Notes: generated by a model not told the origin, from the sequence alone. 64,000 nucleotides of DNA from an uncultured delta proteobacterium (GCA_963753325.1 CAVWBS010000001.1:2667945-2731944); one strand, 5' to 3'; counted from the stretch's first letter, positions 44,650 through 54,708 are shown. Numbers and translations: made by a program.

Positions 44650-46503
44650 TCAGTGGCAGGTGAGCTTGGCGGCGGTTCCCGCGCAGCGCGGCTTGAGGCC
44701 GCCCGGCGGGTTCCACGCCACGCTGGCGCATTCCGGCTGCGCGCCCAGGATGACGGTGGTGCGCACGGCGGACACGTCGGGCAGCCCGACGGTCGCAACG
44801 CCCTTGCCCGTCATCGACCAGAGCAGCAGCCCGTCGGTCTTGCGCGAGCGGTCCCTCACGACCGCCTTCGTGATGCCGCCGTGCGTCCCCGCGGGATCGC
44901 GGTAGGTCCAGGTCGTGCCGGAACGGTTCAGCGTCCAGCCGACACGGCTCACCGCGGCGCCCCCCGGCAAGGTGACGTCGAGGCCGCCCGGTCCGGACGC
45001 CGCATCGACGACCAGACGAATGCCGTTCGCGACCGGATCGACGCCCGTCCAAGGCCTGGGGATCACGGCCTGGCCTTTCGCACTGAGCGAGAAGGGCGTG
45101 GCGCGCAAACGCAGCGACGGCTTCGCGAGCGCGATCCCGCTTCCGCACGCGGCGGCGTTGGCGCAGGCGCAACCGGTGCACACCTCGCCGGCAGCGCAAT
45201 CACCGTCGGCCTCGCACTGCTCGCCGGGATCGACGTTGCCGTCACCGCAGTGCAGGAGCTGGCGCTCGTACGCCCCGACGTCGACGCCCGTACCGACCGG
45301 ACGCGCGCCGCCGTCGAGGTCGTCGGGCGGCGCCCCGTTCGCGGTGCCCGCGTCCAACGCCGGACTCGTCGGCGCGAGGTGGAAGTCGCTCGTCGGCCCG
45401 ACGAACAGGGTGGACGGCGTCGCGATGAAGGAGTGCAGATCGTAGCCGAGCCCCTGCCAGGCGGCGAGGCCGATCACGGTGTCGCCGCTGTCGATGCTGA
45501 AGCGGCTCATCACGCTGTTGTAGTCGCTCACGAAGCCCGGACGGCTCGAGTCGTCGATGTCGATCACGCCGCGAAACGCGTGGTAGCTGTAGAGGATGTT
45601 GTTGATCACCCGATTGCCCGTCGAGCCCGTGTTGATGTTGACGCACCAGCGCGCGTCGAGGGCGTTGATGATGGTGTTGTTCACGACGAGGTTGTTGCTG
45701 GAGCCGGTGGCGCCGTCGATGCGGTAGAGGCTGATGCCGCTCGCGTGGTTGTCGTAGAGGAGGTTGTTGCGCACGACGCTGTCGGTGACGCCGTCCATGT
45801 TGATGCCGGAGCCGCCGCCGGCACCGTTGCCATAGATCACGTTCCGCTCGACGAGGGCGTTCGAGATGATGCCGTCCTCGCCCTGGCTCAGGTCGCCGTT
45901 CATGTGGATGCCATTGGCGTGGTTGTCGTGGACGACGTTGCCGCGGATGATCGGCCGATCGCCGCTGTTCGAGACGTAGATCCCGTGCTCGATGACCGAG
46001 TCGTGCGCCTCGTTGTTCTCGATCGTGAAGTCGTACGCGTGCCCGCTGAAGATGCCCCAGTGGCCGTTGTGCCCCGTGTGGCAGTTGCGCACGGTCACGA
46101 ACGACGACACCGCGACCCGGATGCCGGCGCGCGTCCGATCGTTCACGACGAAGCCGTCGATCACGACGTCGTGGGTGTTCTCGACGTTGATGCCGTCGGG
46201 CGTGGTGCCGTTGTCGGCGGTGATCCGTACCGCCGATCCGTCGGCCAGGAACGTGATCGGACTGCCGGGAGCGCCGCCGCGATCGAGATAGAAGCCCTGG
46301 TAGCTGCCGTCCTGCACGTGCACGGTGTCGCCGGGATTGACGAGGGCCGCCGCATGACCGAGCGTGGCCCAGGCGGTCGCGAGCGACAGGCCGTCGGCGC
46401 CGTCGCTGCCACCATTCTTCACGAAGTAGCTGGTCGCGGCGGCCGGCCCGGCGAGCGCGAGCGACACGGTCAGCGAGGCGGCGAGACGCGCCAGCGAAAC
46501 CAT
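44650..46503 (-). CDS. Secreted right-handed parallel beta-helix repeat protein with a C-terminal Cys-rich (myxobacterial-type) repeat and an unknown terminal domain
   Basis: Intact 617-aa ORF. Signal peptide MVSLARLAASLTVSLALAGPAAA. Repeated ..NN.I..N...GI.. turns (RNNLLYDNHASGISL, VVNNTIINA, NRVINNILY). Then CGDGNVDPGEQCEADGDCAAGEVCTGCAC. It ends ..CAGTAAKLTCH. Confidence 0.75.
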   Translation of the reverse strand: MVSLARLAASLTVSLALAGPAAATSYFVKNGGSDGADGLSLATAWATLGHAAALVNPGDTVHVQDGSYQGFYLDRGGAPGSPITFLADGSAVRITADNGTTPDGINVENTHDVVIDGFVVNDRTRAGIRVAVSSFVTVRNCHTGHNGHWGIFSGHAYDFTIENNEAHDSVIEHGIYVSNSGDRPIIRGNVVHDNHANGIHMNGDLSQGEDGIISNALVERNVIYGNGAGGGSGINMDGVTDSVVRNNLLYDNHASGISLYRIDGATGSSNNLVVNNTIINALDARWCVNINTGSTGNRVINNILYSYHAFRGVIDIDDSSRPGFVSDYNSVMSRFSIDSGDTVIGLAAWQGLGYDLHSFIATPSTLFVGPTSDFHLAPTSPALDAGTANGAPPDDLDGGARPVGTGVDVGAYERQLLHCGDGNVDPGEQCEADGDCAAGEVCTGCACANAAACGSGIALAKPSLRLRATPFSLSAKGQAVIPRPWTGVDPVANGIRLVVDAASGPGGLDVTLPGGAAVSRVGWTLNRSGTTWTYRDPAGTHGGITKAVVRDRSRKTDGLLLWSMTGKGVATVGLPDVSAVRTTVILGAQPECASVAWNPPGGLKPRCAGTAAKLTCH

Positions 46504-46643
46504 CGCTGGAGATCTACGGCCGTGCGCGCGGCGCGGTCAAGGCGAGAATGGGCGGCGCACGCGCCAACCGGGCGGCGCGCCGCGTGCGCGGGTCGAGCGC
46601 GATGCGAACGCGCGCGCAAAGGCGCACGGCAGTCGCGCGAGCG

Positions 46644-47423
46644 TCAGCGCCCTTTCCACTGCGGCTTGCGCTTCTGCGTGAACGCGAGGACGCCCTCCAT
46701 CATGTCCTCGGACTTGAAGAGCGCGCCGACCAACGGGTAGCTGCGCGCCATCGCGTCGGCGAGCGGAAGGCCGAGGCCGTCGAGCGCAGCCTGCTTCGTG
46801 GCGCGCACGGAGCTCGGCGCGCACTCGACGATGGCGTCGGCGAGACGCGCGGCGGCGGCGCGGAGACCGGCGGCGGGCACGACCTCGTTGACGAGGCCGA
46901 CGGCTTGCGCTTCGGCGGCGGTGATCTGCCTGCCCGTCAGCAGCATGCCCATCGCGAGCTTCAGCGGGATCTGCCGCGGCAGCCGGTGCACCCCGCCCGC
47001 GAGCGCGGCGAGGCCGACCCGCGGCTCGGGAAGACCGAAACGGGCGTGATCGGCGGCGACGATCAGGTCGCACGCCAGCGCCAGCTCGAACCCGCCGCCG
47101 AGGGCGAAGCCGTTGACGGCGGCGATCGTCGGCTTGACGAGGTCGAAACGCGCCGTGATGCCCCCGAAGCCGCCGCTTCCGAGCGTGATGCTCTTGGTCC
47201 CGTGCTGCGCGGTGTACTTGAGGTCGTTGCCGGCGGAGAACGCCTTGTCGCCGGCGCCGGTGAGGACCGCGACCCAGCACTCCGCGTCGGCCGCGAAGTC
47301 GTCCCAGGCGGCCGAGAGCTCGAGGTTGGCCGGCGGATGCAGCGCGTTCATGACGTCGGGTCGGTCGATCGTGATCCATGCGACCCGACCGATCTTCTCG
47401 TAGGTGATGAACTCGTAGCCCAT
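46644..47423 (-). CDS. Enoyl-CoA hydratase/isomerase (crotonase) family protein
   Basis: MGYEFITYEKIGRVAWITIDRPDVMNAL..AFSAGNDLK..AAVNGFALGGGFELALACD. This is the 3' 259 codons of ORF 46644..47951. Confidence 0.85.
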   Translation of the reverse strand: MGYEFITYEKIGRVAWITIDRPDVMNALHPPANLELSAAWDDFAADAECWVAVLTGAGDKAFSAGNDLKYTAQHGTKSITLGSGGFGGITARFDLVKPTIAAVNGFALGGGFELALACDLIVAADHARFGLPEPRVGLAALAGGVHRLPRQIPLKLAMGMLLTGRQITAAEAQAVGLVNEVVPAAGLRAAAARLADAIVECAPSSVRATKQAALDGLGLPLADAMARSYPLVGALFKSEDMMEGVLAFTQKRKPQWKGR

Positions 47424-47446
47424 GACGTGCTCCTCCGCTGGCGTTG

Positions 47447-47914
47447 CTAGATGTCGAGCAGGACGATCTCGCCGCGGACGGCGCCACTGTCGATTCGCAG
47501 GCGGGCCGTCGCGATCGGCAACGTGAAACGCCGCGGACCAGCGCTCCCGGGATTGACGAAGAGTACCCCGTCGCGCTCCTCGATGCGAGGACGATGCGAG
47601 TGACCCGAGATCACCGCCGCCACGCCGTCCGCCACCGGATCGATCGCGAGCGCGTGACGGTCGTGCAGGACGTAGAGACGCGCGTCGCCGACCTCGAGCA
47701 GCGCCGTCTCCGGAATGTCGCCCGCCCACGCCGCGCGATCGTTGTTGCCGCGCACCGCCGTGACCGGGGCGATACGCCGCAGCTCGCGCAGGACCTCGGG
47801 CGCGCCGATGTCCCCGGCGTGGACGATCGCGTCGACACCGGCGAGCGCGGCGACCGCCTGTGGCCGCAGCAACCCATGCGTGTCCGAGATCACGCCGACG
47901 CTGCGGACGCTCAC
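47447..47914 (-). CDS. YfcE/MJ0936-family metallophosphoesterase
   Basis: (V)[42 protein letters not shown]. The GTG overlaps the fabF stop. Confidence 0.8.
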   Translation of the reverse strand: MSVRSVGVISDTHGLLRPQAVAALAGVDAIVHAGDIGAPEVLRELRRIAPVTAVRGNNDRAAWAGDIPETALLEVGDARLYVLHDRHALAIDPVADGVAAVISGHSHRPRIEERDGVLFVNPGSAGPRRFTLPIATARLRIDSGAVRGEIVLLDI

Positions 47915-49188
47915 GCGTCCCAGCGGCGGAACGCGAGGCACACGTTGGCACCGCCGAAGCCGAACGAGTTCGAGAGCGCGACCCGCGGTGCGGCGGGTCG
48001 TGCGACGTTCGGAACGTAGTCGAGATCGCACGCCGGATCGGGCTCCTCGTAGTTGATCGTCGGCGGCAGCATGCCGCGTGCGAGCGTCAGCACCGTGTAC
48101 GCGGCCTCGATGCCGCCGGCGGCGCCGAGCGTGTGGCCCGTCATCGACTTCGTCGAGCTCACCGCGACGCGCGACGCGTGCTCGCCGAAGACGCGTTTCA
48201 ACGCCTCCGTCTCGCTGGCATCGTTGTACTGCGTCGACGTCCCGTGGGCGTTCACGTAGTCGACGTCCTCCGGCACGAGACCGCCGTCGGCGAGCGCCTG
48301 GCGGATGCAGCGCATGGCGCCCTCACCGCCCGGCGCGGGCGCCGTGATGTGGAACGCGTCCTCGTTTGTGCCGTAGCCGACGACCTCGGCGAGGATGCGC
48401 GCGCCCCGCGTCTGCGCGTGCTCGAGCGCCTCGAGCACCACGACGCCCGCGCCCTCCGCCATGACGAAGCCGTCGCGCCCCTTGTCGAACGGCCGGCTGG
48501 CACGCTCCGGCTCGTCGTTGCGCGTCGAGAGCGCGCGCATGGCGATGAATCCGCCGATGCCGAGGCCGCAGAGGGCCGCCTCGGTACCGCCGGCGATGAC
48601 GGCGTCCTGGTAGCCGTGGCGGATGTGCCGCAACGCCTCCCCGATCGCGTTCCCGCCCGAGGCGCAGGCACTGGTCGGAGTGAAGTTCACGCCCTTGGCA
48701 CCGAGATGGATCGCGATCTGCCCCGGCGCCAGGTTGGCGATGACCTTGGAGATGAAGAACGGAGAAACGCGGCGCAATCGGCTCTCGAGGAAAAGCAGAT
48801 GGAACTGCTCGATGCTGGCGATGCCGCCCATCCCGACGCCGACGATCACCCCGACGCGATCCTCGTTGGCGGCGGAGATCTTCAAGCCCGACGTCTCGAC
48901 CGCCATGCGCGCGGCACCCATGGCGTACTGGATGAACGGGTCCATCTTCTTGATGTCGCGCCGCTCGATGTATTCCTCGGGCACGAAGTCGTGCACCTCG
49001 CCGGCAATGCGCGACGGAAAATCGGCGACGGGGAAGCGCGTGATCGGCCCGACGCCGGACCGACCCGCCATGAGACCGGACCAGTTCTTCTCGACCCCGG
49101 TTCCGAGCGGCGTGACGAGCCCGACGCCCGTGATCACCACACGTCGCCGGGCGTCGTTCTGCACGTCGTTTCCCACGGAGCGTTGCAT
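47911..49188 (-). CDS. fabF: Beta-ketoacyl-ACP synthase II
   Basis: ORF 47911..49242. [29 protein letters not shown] (active-site Cys), [23 protein letters not shown] chose the start at MQRS (49188); 49242 is also possible. Confidence 0.9.
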   Translation of the reverse strand: MQRSVGNDVQNDARRRVVITGVGLVTPLGTGVEKNWSGLMAGRSGVGPITRFPVADFPSRIAGEVHDFVPEEYIERRDIKKMDPFIQYAMGAARMAVETSGLKISAANEDRVGVIVGVGMGGIASIEQFHLLFLESRLRRVSPFFISKVIANLAPGQIAIHLGAKGVNFTPTSACASGGNAIGEALRHIRHGYQDAVIAGGTEAALCGLGIGGFIAMRALSTRNDEPERASRPFDKGRDGFVMAEGAGVVVLEALEHAQTRGARILAEVVGYGTNEDAFHITAPAPGGEGAMRCIRQALADGGLVPEDVDYVNAHGTSTQYNDASETEALKRVFGEHASRVAVSSTKSMTGHTLGAAGGIEAAYTVLTLARGMLPPTINYEEPDPACDLDYVPNVARPAAPRVALSNSFGFGGANVCLAFRRWDA

Positions 49189-49333
49189 GCTAGGAAGGCC
49201 CCCCGAAGGAGTCAAGGTGAGAGATCGGGCATAACGACTCATCGCGAGCTGCAGCCCCAGCGCCTCGACGAGGCGTCCGACGCGTTCACGCGCGCCATTG
49301 TCGCCACCGGCGTCCTCGCCCTAGAGTACGGAC

Positions 49334-49900
49334 GTGAGCGGCGTCCGCGCGACGATCGGCGGCTGTGCTCTCGTGCTCGCGCGCGGCGACGTCACGACCG
49401 TCGCGCTCGACGCGATCGTGAACGCCGCCAACCATACGCTGCTCGGCGGCGGCGGCGTGGACGGCGCCATCCACCGTGCCGGCGGCGCCGCGGTCACCGA
49501 GGCCTGCCGACGGATCCGCGCGGCCGAGTGGCCGGACGGCTTGCCGACGGGCGAGACCGTGCTCACGACCGGGGGGAAGCTGCCGGCGCGCCATGTGATC
49601 CACACGGTCGGACCGGTCTACAGCCGGAGTCCGCAGGTGCCGGCCCTGCTGGCCGCCTGCCACGAGAACAGCCTCGCGCTCGCCCGCCGCCACGGGCTCC
49701 GGACGGTCGCATTTCCCGCCATCTCGACCGGCGTCTACGGCTACCCGCTCGACGAGGCGGCGCCGGTCGCGCTCGGCACGGTCGCGAAGGCGCTGACGCG
49801 ACATCCCGGGGCGCTCACCGAGGTGCGCTTCGTCCTCTTCGATCGCCGCGCGTACGACGCGTTTGCCGTGGCCCTGACGGCGATGCCGCCGGCGGACTGA
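49334..49900 (+). CDS. Macro-domain protein (O-acetyl-ADP-ribose deacetylase, YmdB-like)
   Basis: Intact 188-aa ORF: DAIVNAANHTLLGGGGVDGAIHRAGG..HVIHTVGPVY..AFPAISTGVYGYP. Confidence 0.85.
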   Translation: MSGVRATIGGCALVLARGDVTTVALDAIVNAANHTLLGGGGVDGAIHRAGGAAVTEACRRIRAAEWPDGLPTGETVLTTGGKLPARHVIHTVGPVYSRSPQVPALLAACHENSLALARRHGLRTVAFPAISTGVYGYPLDEAAPVALGTVAKALTRHPGALTEVRFVLFDRRAYDAFAVALTAMPPAD

Positions 49901-50744
49901 GGCGTCGGCGCGCCGCGTCCCGACACGCGCCGTCCCACAGCGCCGCGGTGAGACCCGCCGCCGCGGCGAGGCGCGCCGCCAGAAGCGCGTGCAGATCGGC
50001 GTCGAGCCGCCGGAAATACAGCGCCGAGCCGACGCGCGTCCCGCGCCGGGCGACGCGATCGGCGGCCAGCACCGGGCCGACGGCCGCGTACGAGGCTTCG
50101 AGCGCCGCGAAGAGCGCCTCCTCGCTCCGCTCCGGCGGGACCGCCCGTCCGCGACCGACCCGGCCGGCGTCGCGCTCGAAGGCCGCGAGCCGCTGGTCGA
50201 CGAGGCGCGCTTCGATGCGGCGGTGCAGCCCGCGCTGCCCCGTCCGCTGCCCGTCGAAGTCGACCGTGGCGTGGAGCGGCATCGTCGCGTCACCCGCGTA
50301 GTGGGCGAGATGGCCGGCCGTGCGGCGTGCCGCGCGCCACTCCCCGCGCGCGACCTCGGCGGACAGCTCGCGCGCGACGCGCCCCCCGTGCCACGGCAGC
50401 ACGCCGTTCCGTTCCACCACGGCGCGGCCGTAGCGCTTCACGGCGGCACCCTCGTCGCGCGGCAGCGCCGCGAAGGGAGGCGGGCCGTAGGCGTCGAGAT
50501 TGAGGAAATGCCGCACCTCCTCGGCGGCGCCCTCGCGCGGCTTCAGCACCGTGTCGGGCTCGAGCGCGGCCGCCGCGATCTCGTCCGCGTGCCCGTCGAC
50601 GAGCGCGCGGCAACGCGTCAGGGTCGCGGCGCGGAGCGCGATCCATCGATGCGCCGCGAGCCCCCAGGCCGCCGCCGGCCGCGCCGGCGCGACGCCGCAC
50701 AGCAGCAGGCAGATGGCGACCCGTCCCGCTGCCCGGCCGCTCAT
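49815..50744 (-). CDS. Secreted zinc phospholipase C / S1-P1 nuclease superfamily protein
   Basis: The signal peptide ends ..PARPAAA followed by WGLAAHRWIA. A mature N-terminal Trp is the hallmark zinc ligand of this fold. It also carries ..HLAHYAGDATMPLHAT..GLHRRIE. The ATG overlaps the ecfT stop. The 3' end overlaps the convergent macro gene by 86 nt, so the exact stop is uncertain. Confidence 0.55.
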   Translation of the reverse strand: MSGRAAGRVAICLLLCGVAPARPAAAWGLAAHRWIALRAATLTRCRALVDGHADEIAAAALEPDTVLKPREGAAEEVRHFLNLDAYGPPPFAALPRDEGAAVKRYGRAVVERNGVLPWHGGRVARELSAEVARGEWRAARRTAGHLAHYAGDATMPLHATVDFDGQRTGQRGLHRRIEARLVDQRLAAFERDAGRVGRGRAVPPERSEEALFAALEASYAAVGPVLAADRVARRGTRVGSALYFRRLDADLHALLAARLAAAAGLTAALWDGACRDAARRRLSPPAASPSGPRQTRRTRGDRRGRSAPR

Positions 50745-51508
50745 CGCGGCACGATGCGTCCGGCGCCACTGATCCACGCGCCCGCGTACCCGACCGCGAT
50801 CGCGGCGGCGACCCCGACGAGCAGCCAGTCGCCGGCCGTGACGGCGGGTCGCGGCAGACCCGTGCGCTTGCGGCCGGCGCTGAAGCCGCGCACCTCGAGG
50901 GCGAACGCCATCTGGTCGGCACGCCGCAGGCCGCCGATGAACACCGGGACGATGACCGGCACGTAGCGGGCGATCCGCTGGTGCAGCGGTCCGCGGCCGA
51001 AGTCGAGTCCGCGGCAGCGCTGCGCGTCCACGACGGTGAGCGCCGAGTCGAGGAAGACCGGCACGAGACGAAAGGCGAGCGTCACGACGAACCCGACGCG
51101 ATACGGCACCCCGAGGCGGGTGAGCGCGAAGGCGAACTCCTCGACGGTGGTGGTGGCGAGGAAGAGGAGGCCGGCGGCGAGAAACGTCTCGAGCTTGAGC
51201 GCCATCCCGAGACCGAAGCGCCACGCCTCGGAGGGATCGGCGGCGGTCGCGCGGCCCGGATAGAAGAACGCCCAGATCGCGAGCGTGAACACGAACACGG
51301 GCACGACGATCCAGCGCAACCGCCAGAGGTTCGTCGTCGCGCCGGCGGCGACCGTCGCACACAGGACGAGCAGGGTCAGGGGGGCGATGGCCCGCGGATC
51401 GTCGAGCAGGAAGGCGGCAACGAAGAGCAGCACCATGGCGAGCAGCTTCGCCACCGGATGGCGGCGATGCAGCGCGCTGCCGCGGTCGAGGTAGAGTGAA
51501 AGCGCCAT
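50741..51508 (-). CDS. ecfT: Energy-coupling-factor transporter transmembrane subunit EcfT (CbiQ family)
   Basis: Intact 255-aa ORF: ..LHRRHPVAKLL..EEFAFALTRLGVPYRVGFVVTLAFRLVPVFLDSALTVVDAQRCRG. Confidence 0.85.
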   Translation of the reverse strand: MALSLYLDRGSALHRRHPVAKLLAMVLLFVAAFLLDDPRAIAPLTLLVLCATVAAGATTNLWRLRWIVVPVFVFTLAIWAFFYPGRATAADPSEAWRFGLGMALKLETFLAAGLLFLATTTVEEFAFALTRLGVPYRVGFVVTLAFRLVPVFLDSALTVVDAQRCRGLDFGRGPLHQRIARYVPVIVPVFIGGLRRADQMAFALEVRGFSAGRKRTGLPRPAVTAGDWLLVGVAAAIAVGYAGAWISGAGRIVPR

Positions 51509-51509
51509 C

Positions 51510-53246
51510 TCAGGAGGCCGATCCCGTGGACGCCAGCACGGTCACGAGCTCGTCCACCGATCGTACGGCGTGTCCGAGCGCGAGGCCGACACGCGTCGCG
51601 GGAGGCGGCTCGAACGCGGCGGCGCGCAGCAGGTCCGGGTCGAGGATGAAGCCCGCAAAGTCCCCGTCGAAGACGAGGCGTCCCGCGTGCATCACGAGCA
51701 CCCGCTCGGCGCATTCGGCGACGACCCACGGCGTATGGGTGATGAGCACGATCGCCGTGCCGCTCGCGCGCAGCCGCAGCAGCAAGTCGAGCATCCGTCG
51801 CTGCTGCGGATGGTCGAGGCCGGTCGTGGGCTCGTCGAGGATCAGGACGCGGGGCGCCATGGCGAGCACGGTCGCGACCGCGAGCCGCTGACGCTCCCCT
51901 TTCGACAGCAGGAAGGGATCGTCCTCGCTGCGCGCGTCGAGCCCGACGGCGGAGAGCGTGTCGCGCACGCGCGCCGCGAGCGCGTCCCCGGCGAGCCCGA
52001 AGTTGCGGGGCCCGAACGCCACCTCCTCGGCAACGGTGGCCGCGAAGAGCTGATCGTCCGGATTCTGGAAGACGTAGCCGATCCGTTGCGCCACGCGATC
52101 GAGGGGCAGCCGCGCCACGTCGCGGCCGTCGAGCCTCACGCGTCCCTGCGTCGCGCGCAGCAGCCCGTTCAGGTGCTTGGCGAGCGTGGTCTTGCCGGAG
52201 CCATTGCGGCCGACGATCGCGATCAGCTCGCCCGGACGGAGCCGCAGGCTCACGTCGTCGACGGCGGTCGCGCCGTCGCGATAGCGGTAGGTCAGGTGCT
52301 CCACCTCGAGGATCGGCGCCGGCCCGACCGGTGCCGGACCGCTCGGCACCGCCGCGGCCGGCCCGGGCTCGCGCGGCGCTTCGACCGCGCTCGCGGCGGG
52401 GAAACGGCGGCGCAACATCGTGATCGCGTCCGGAACGTCCAGCGGCACCTCGACCCCGAGCCGCCGGCCGAGGACGGCGAGGTCGTGCGGGCGGACGCCG
52501 CAGGCGAGACACGTCTCGACGTCGCGGGCCAGCGTCTCGGCCGCGCCCATCGCGACGACCGCACCATCGCGCATCAGGTAGAGCCGATCGGCGGCGACGA
52601 GCGGCTCGATCTCGTGCTCGACGGCCACCAACGCGACGTCCTGCGCTCGCAGCCGCTGCAACGTGGCGTAGAGCTCCTGTCGTCCGCTCGGATCGAGATC
52701 GGTCGCCGCCTCGTCGAGCAGGATCACGCCCGGCGCCATCGCGAGGATGCTCGCGATCGCGAGGCGCTGCTTCTGGCCGCCGGAGAGCTCGCGCGGATCG
52801 CGGTGCATCACATCCCGCAGCCCGACGCGCGCGAGGGCCGCATCGACGCGGCGCGCGACCTCGGCCGGCGGCAACGCGAGCTGCGCCGGGCCGAAGGCGA
52901 CCTCGAGGCGGACGTTGGTGGAGAACAGCTGCGCCTCGAAATCCTGGAAGACCATCGCCACGCGGCCGGCGAGCGCCCCGGGGGGCGCCCCGAGGACCTC
53001 GGCACCGTCGAGCAGGATCTCGCCCGCCGTCTCCGCCGGCGCGAGCGACGGCACGAGACCGTTCACGCAGCGCAACAGGGTCGACTTGCCGGCACCGCTC
53101 GCACCCATGACCGCCACCAGCTCGCCCGCACGGACCGTGAGCGAGACGCCAACGAGCGCCTGCGCCGGCGGCTCGGTGAAGCGGCAGGCCAGCGCCCGCA
53201 CCTCCAGACGGGACGCAGGGCTCCGCGCGGCGGCCCCGGCCGTCAC
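51510..53246 (-). CDS. Fused tandem ABC ATPase of an ECF transporter (EcfA1-EcfA2)
   Basis: This is the 3' 578 codons of ORF 51510..53996, with two complete ABC cassettes: GASGAGKSTLL..LSGGQKQRLAIA..ILLDEAT and GRNGSGKTTLA..LSKGERQRLAVA..LILDEPT. The GTG at 53246 overlaps the S-component stop. Confidence 0.9.
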   Translation of the reverse strand: MTAGAAARSPASRLEVRALACRFTEPPAQALVGVSLTVRAGELVAVMGASGAGKSTLLRCVNGLVPSLAPAETAGEILLDGAEVLGAPPGALAGRVAMVFQDFEAQLFSTNVRLEVAFGPAQLALPPAEVARRVDAALARVGLRDVMHRDPRELSGGQKQRLAIASILAMAPGVILLDEAATDLDPSGRQELYATLQRLRAQDVALVAVEHEIEPLVAADRLYLMRDGAVVAMGAAETLARDVETCLACGVRPHDLAVLGRRLGVEVPLDVPDAITMLRRRFPAASAVEAPREPGPAAAVPSGPAPVGPAPILEVEHLTYRYRDGATAVDDVSLRLRPGELIAIVGRNGSGKTTLAKHLNGLLRATQGRVRLDGRDVARLPLDRVAQRIGYVFQNPDDQLFAATVAEEVAFGPRNFGLAGDALAARVRDTLSAVGLDARSEDDPFLLSKGERQRLAVATVLAMAPRVLILDEPTTGLDHPQQRRMLDLLLRLRASGTAIVLITHTPWVVAECAERVLVMHAGRLVFDGDFAGFILDPDLLRAAAFEPPPATRVGLALGHAVRSVDELVTVLASTGSAS

Positions 53247-53998
53247 AGCAGCAGGAGACCCGCGACCGCCACCGCGAGCGGGGGCAGGACGAGGACGAGA
53301 AAGCGGAGATTGCGCGACACCGCGACGAGCGTCGAGGCGTCGAGCCAACCGCCGGAGACGAGATTGCCGAGCACGAACGCCAGCAGCGTCCCGGCAACGA
53401 CGAGCCCCACCCCGAGCGCGCGGCGCCAACGCGGCCGCGGCGGCGGGACGCCGAGGATGTCCGTGTGCAGGAGACGCGCCCGGCGCACTCGCGGGTAGAG
53501 GACCGCGAGGAGGAGCGGCGCCAGCACGGCGCTGGTGACGAAGTTGTTCACCACGATGACGTTGGCGAGCAGCGCGAAGGGCACGAAGCCGAGGAGCTGT
53601 AGCCCGAAGCCGACGGTCGCCGCGCAGAGCACGCACGCGGTGGCGATGATCGCGAGCAGCAGCGTCCAGCCACCGACGCTGCGCGGCACCGGATCGTCGC
53701 CGGCGGCGCACGCGCGCCACAGGCGATAGGGCACGAGCGCATAGAGGAAGTTGCCGACGAACCCGAAGAGATCGCCGGGCCCGAGCCCGGTGAAGAAATC
53801 GCCGATCAGGTTGCCGAACGCCGCACCCCAGGCCGCCGCCGGACCGAAGAGGAACGAGCAGACGATCGGCAGGGCGTTCGCGGGACGGAAGTGCGTCAGC
53901 CCGGGGATGAGCGGCACGACGATGAACGGGATCAGCACCGCGGCGTAGAGCGAGGCGCACATCGCCGTGAGGACGACCATCCGCGTGTTCCGCCACAT
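53243..53998 (-). CDS. ECF transporter substrate-capture (S) component, substrate unknown (QueT-like at best)
   Basis: ORF 53243..54070; the likely start is MWRNTRMVVLTAMCASLYAAVLIPF at 53998. About 6 TM segments and the motif ..FRPANALPIVCSFLFGPAAAWGAAFGNLIGD. It sits directly upstream of ecfA. Confidence 0.6.
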   Translation of the reverse strand: MWRNTRMVVLTAMCASLYAAVLIPFIVVPLIPGLTHFRPANALPIVCSFLFGPAAAWGAAFGNLIGDFFTGLGPGDLFGFVGNFLYALVPYRLWRACAAGDDPVPRSVGGWTLLLAIIATACVLCAATVGFGLQLLGFVPFALLANVIVVNNFVTSAVLAPLLLAVLYPRVRRARLLHTDILGVPPPRPRWRRALGVGLVVAGTLLAFVLGNLVSGGWLDASTLVAVSRNLRFLVLVLPPLAVAVAGLLLL

Positions 53999-54077
53999 GT
54001 CCACCAGCTCACGCACGAACCGCTGCCCGCAGGCGCCGCTCGTATGGTACGATTGTCGTGATGGGGTCAAGGCGACG

Positions 54078-54620
54078 ATGACGCGCGGGCGGTTTCTCCG
54101 CCTCGAATGGCTGCTGTCGGCGGCGCTCGTGACGATCGGCCTCGCCTGGGCGACCGTGCGCCATCTGCCGCTTGCGGCGCGCTGTCACCCGACGCCGGTC
54201 GCGATCGCCACGGGCGCCCTCGTGGGCGCGTTGCTCTGGCTCGCCATTCCGCTCCTCTTCTGGGCGCCCGCCATGCGGCGAGTGCGTGACACGACGCTCG
54301 TGCCGTTCAGCCGCTCGCTGCGCACCCGCGACATCGTCGTGATCGCCCTGCTGTCCGGCGCATCGGAGGAGTTCTTTTTTCGCGGCGTCCTTCTGCCCGA
54401 GGTCGGCCTCGGCCTGTCGAGCGTCCTCTTTGGACTGCTGCACGCGGTGAACTGGATCTACGTCGTCTGGGCGTCGATCACCGGCGCGGGCCTCGGGCTC
54501 CTCGCCGATCGTGGCGGCTCGCTCGTCGCCCCCGTGGTCGCGCACGCCACCTACAACTTCGGCGCGCTGATGTTGCTGCGCCGGCAGGCGACGGCACCCA
54601 CGGCACGACGATCGTCATGA
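54078..54620 (+). CDS. CPBP-family intramembrane glutamic endopeptidase (CAAX protease-like)
   Basis: ..LLSGASEEFFFRGVLL..LFGLLHAVN..VVAHATYNF. This is the 3' 180 codons of ORF 53967..54620. Confidence 0.8.
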   Translation: MTRGRFLRLEWLLSAALVTIGLAWATVRHLPLAARCHPTPVAIATGALVGALLWLAIPLLFWAPAMRRVRDTTLVPFSRSLRTRDIVVIALLSGASEEFFFRGVLLPEVGLGLSSVLFGLLHAVNWIYVVWASITGAGLGLLADRGGSLVAPVVAHATYNFGALMLLRRQATAPTARRSS

Positions 54621-54708
54621 TCGCGTCGCGTGAATTGCGTCCGCGCCCGGGTTCCGTTAGCGTCCGGCCGACGAGCGGTGCCGTCCGGCCCGCGCGGGAG
54701 GAATCGAG

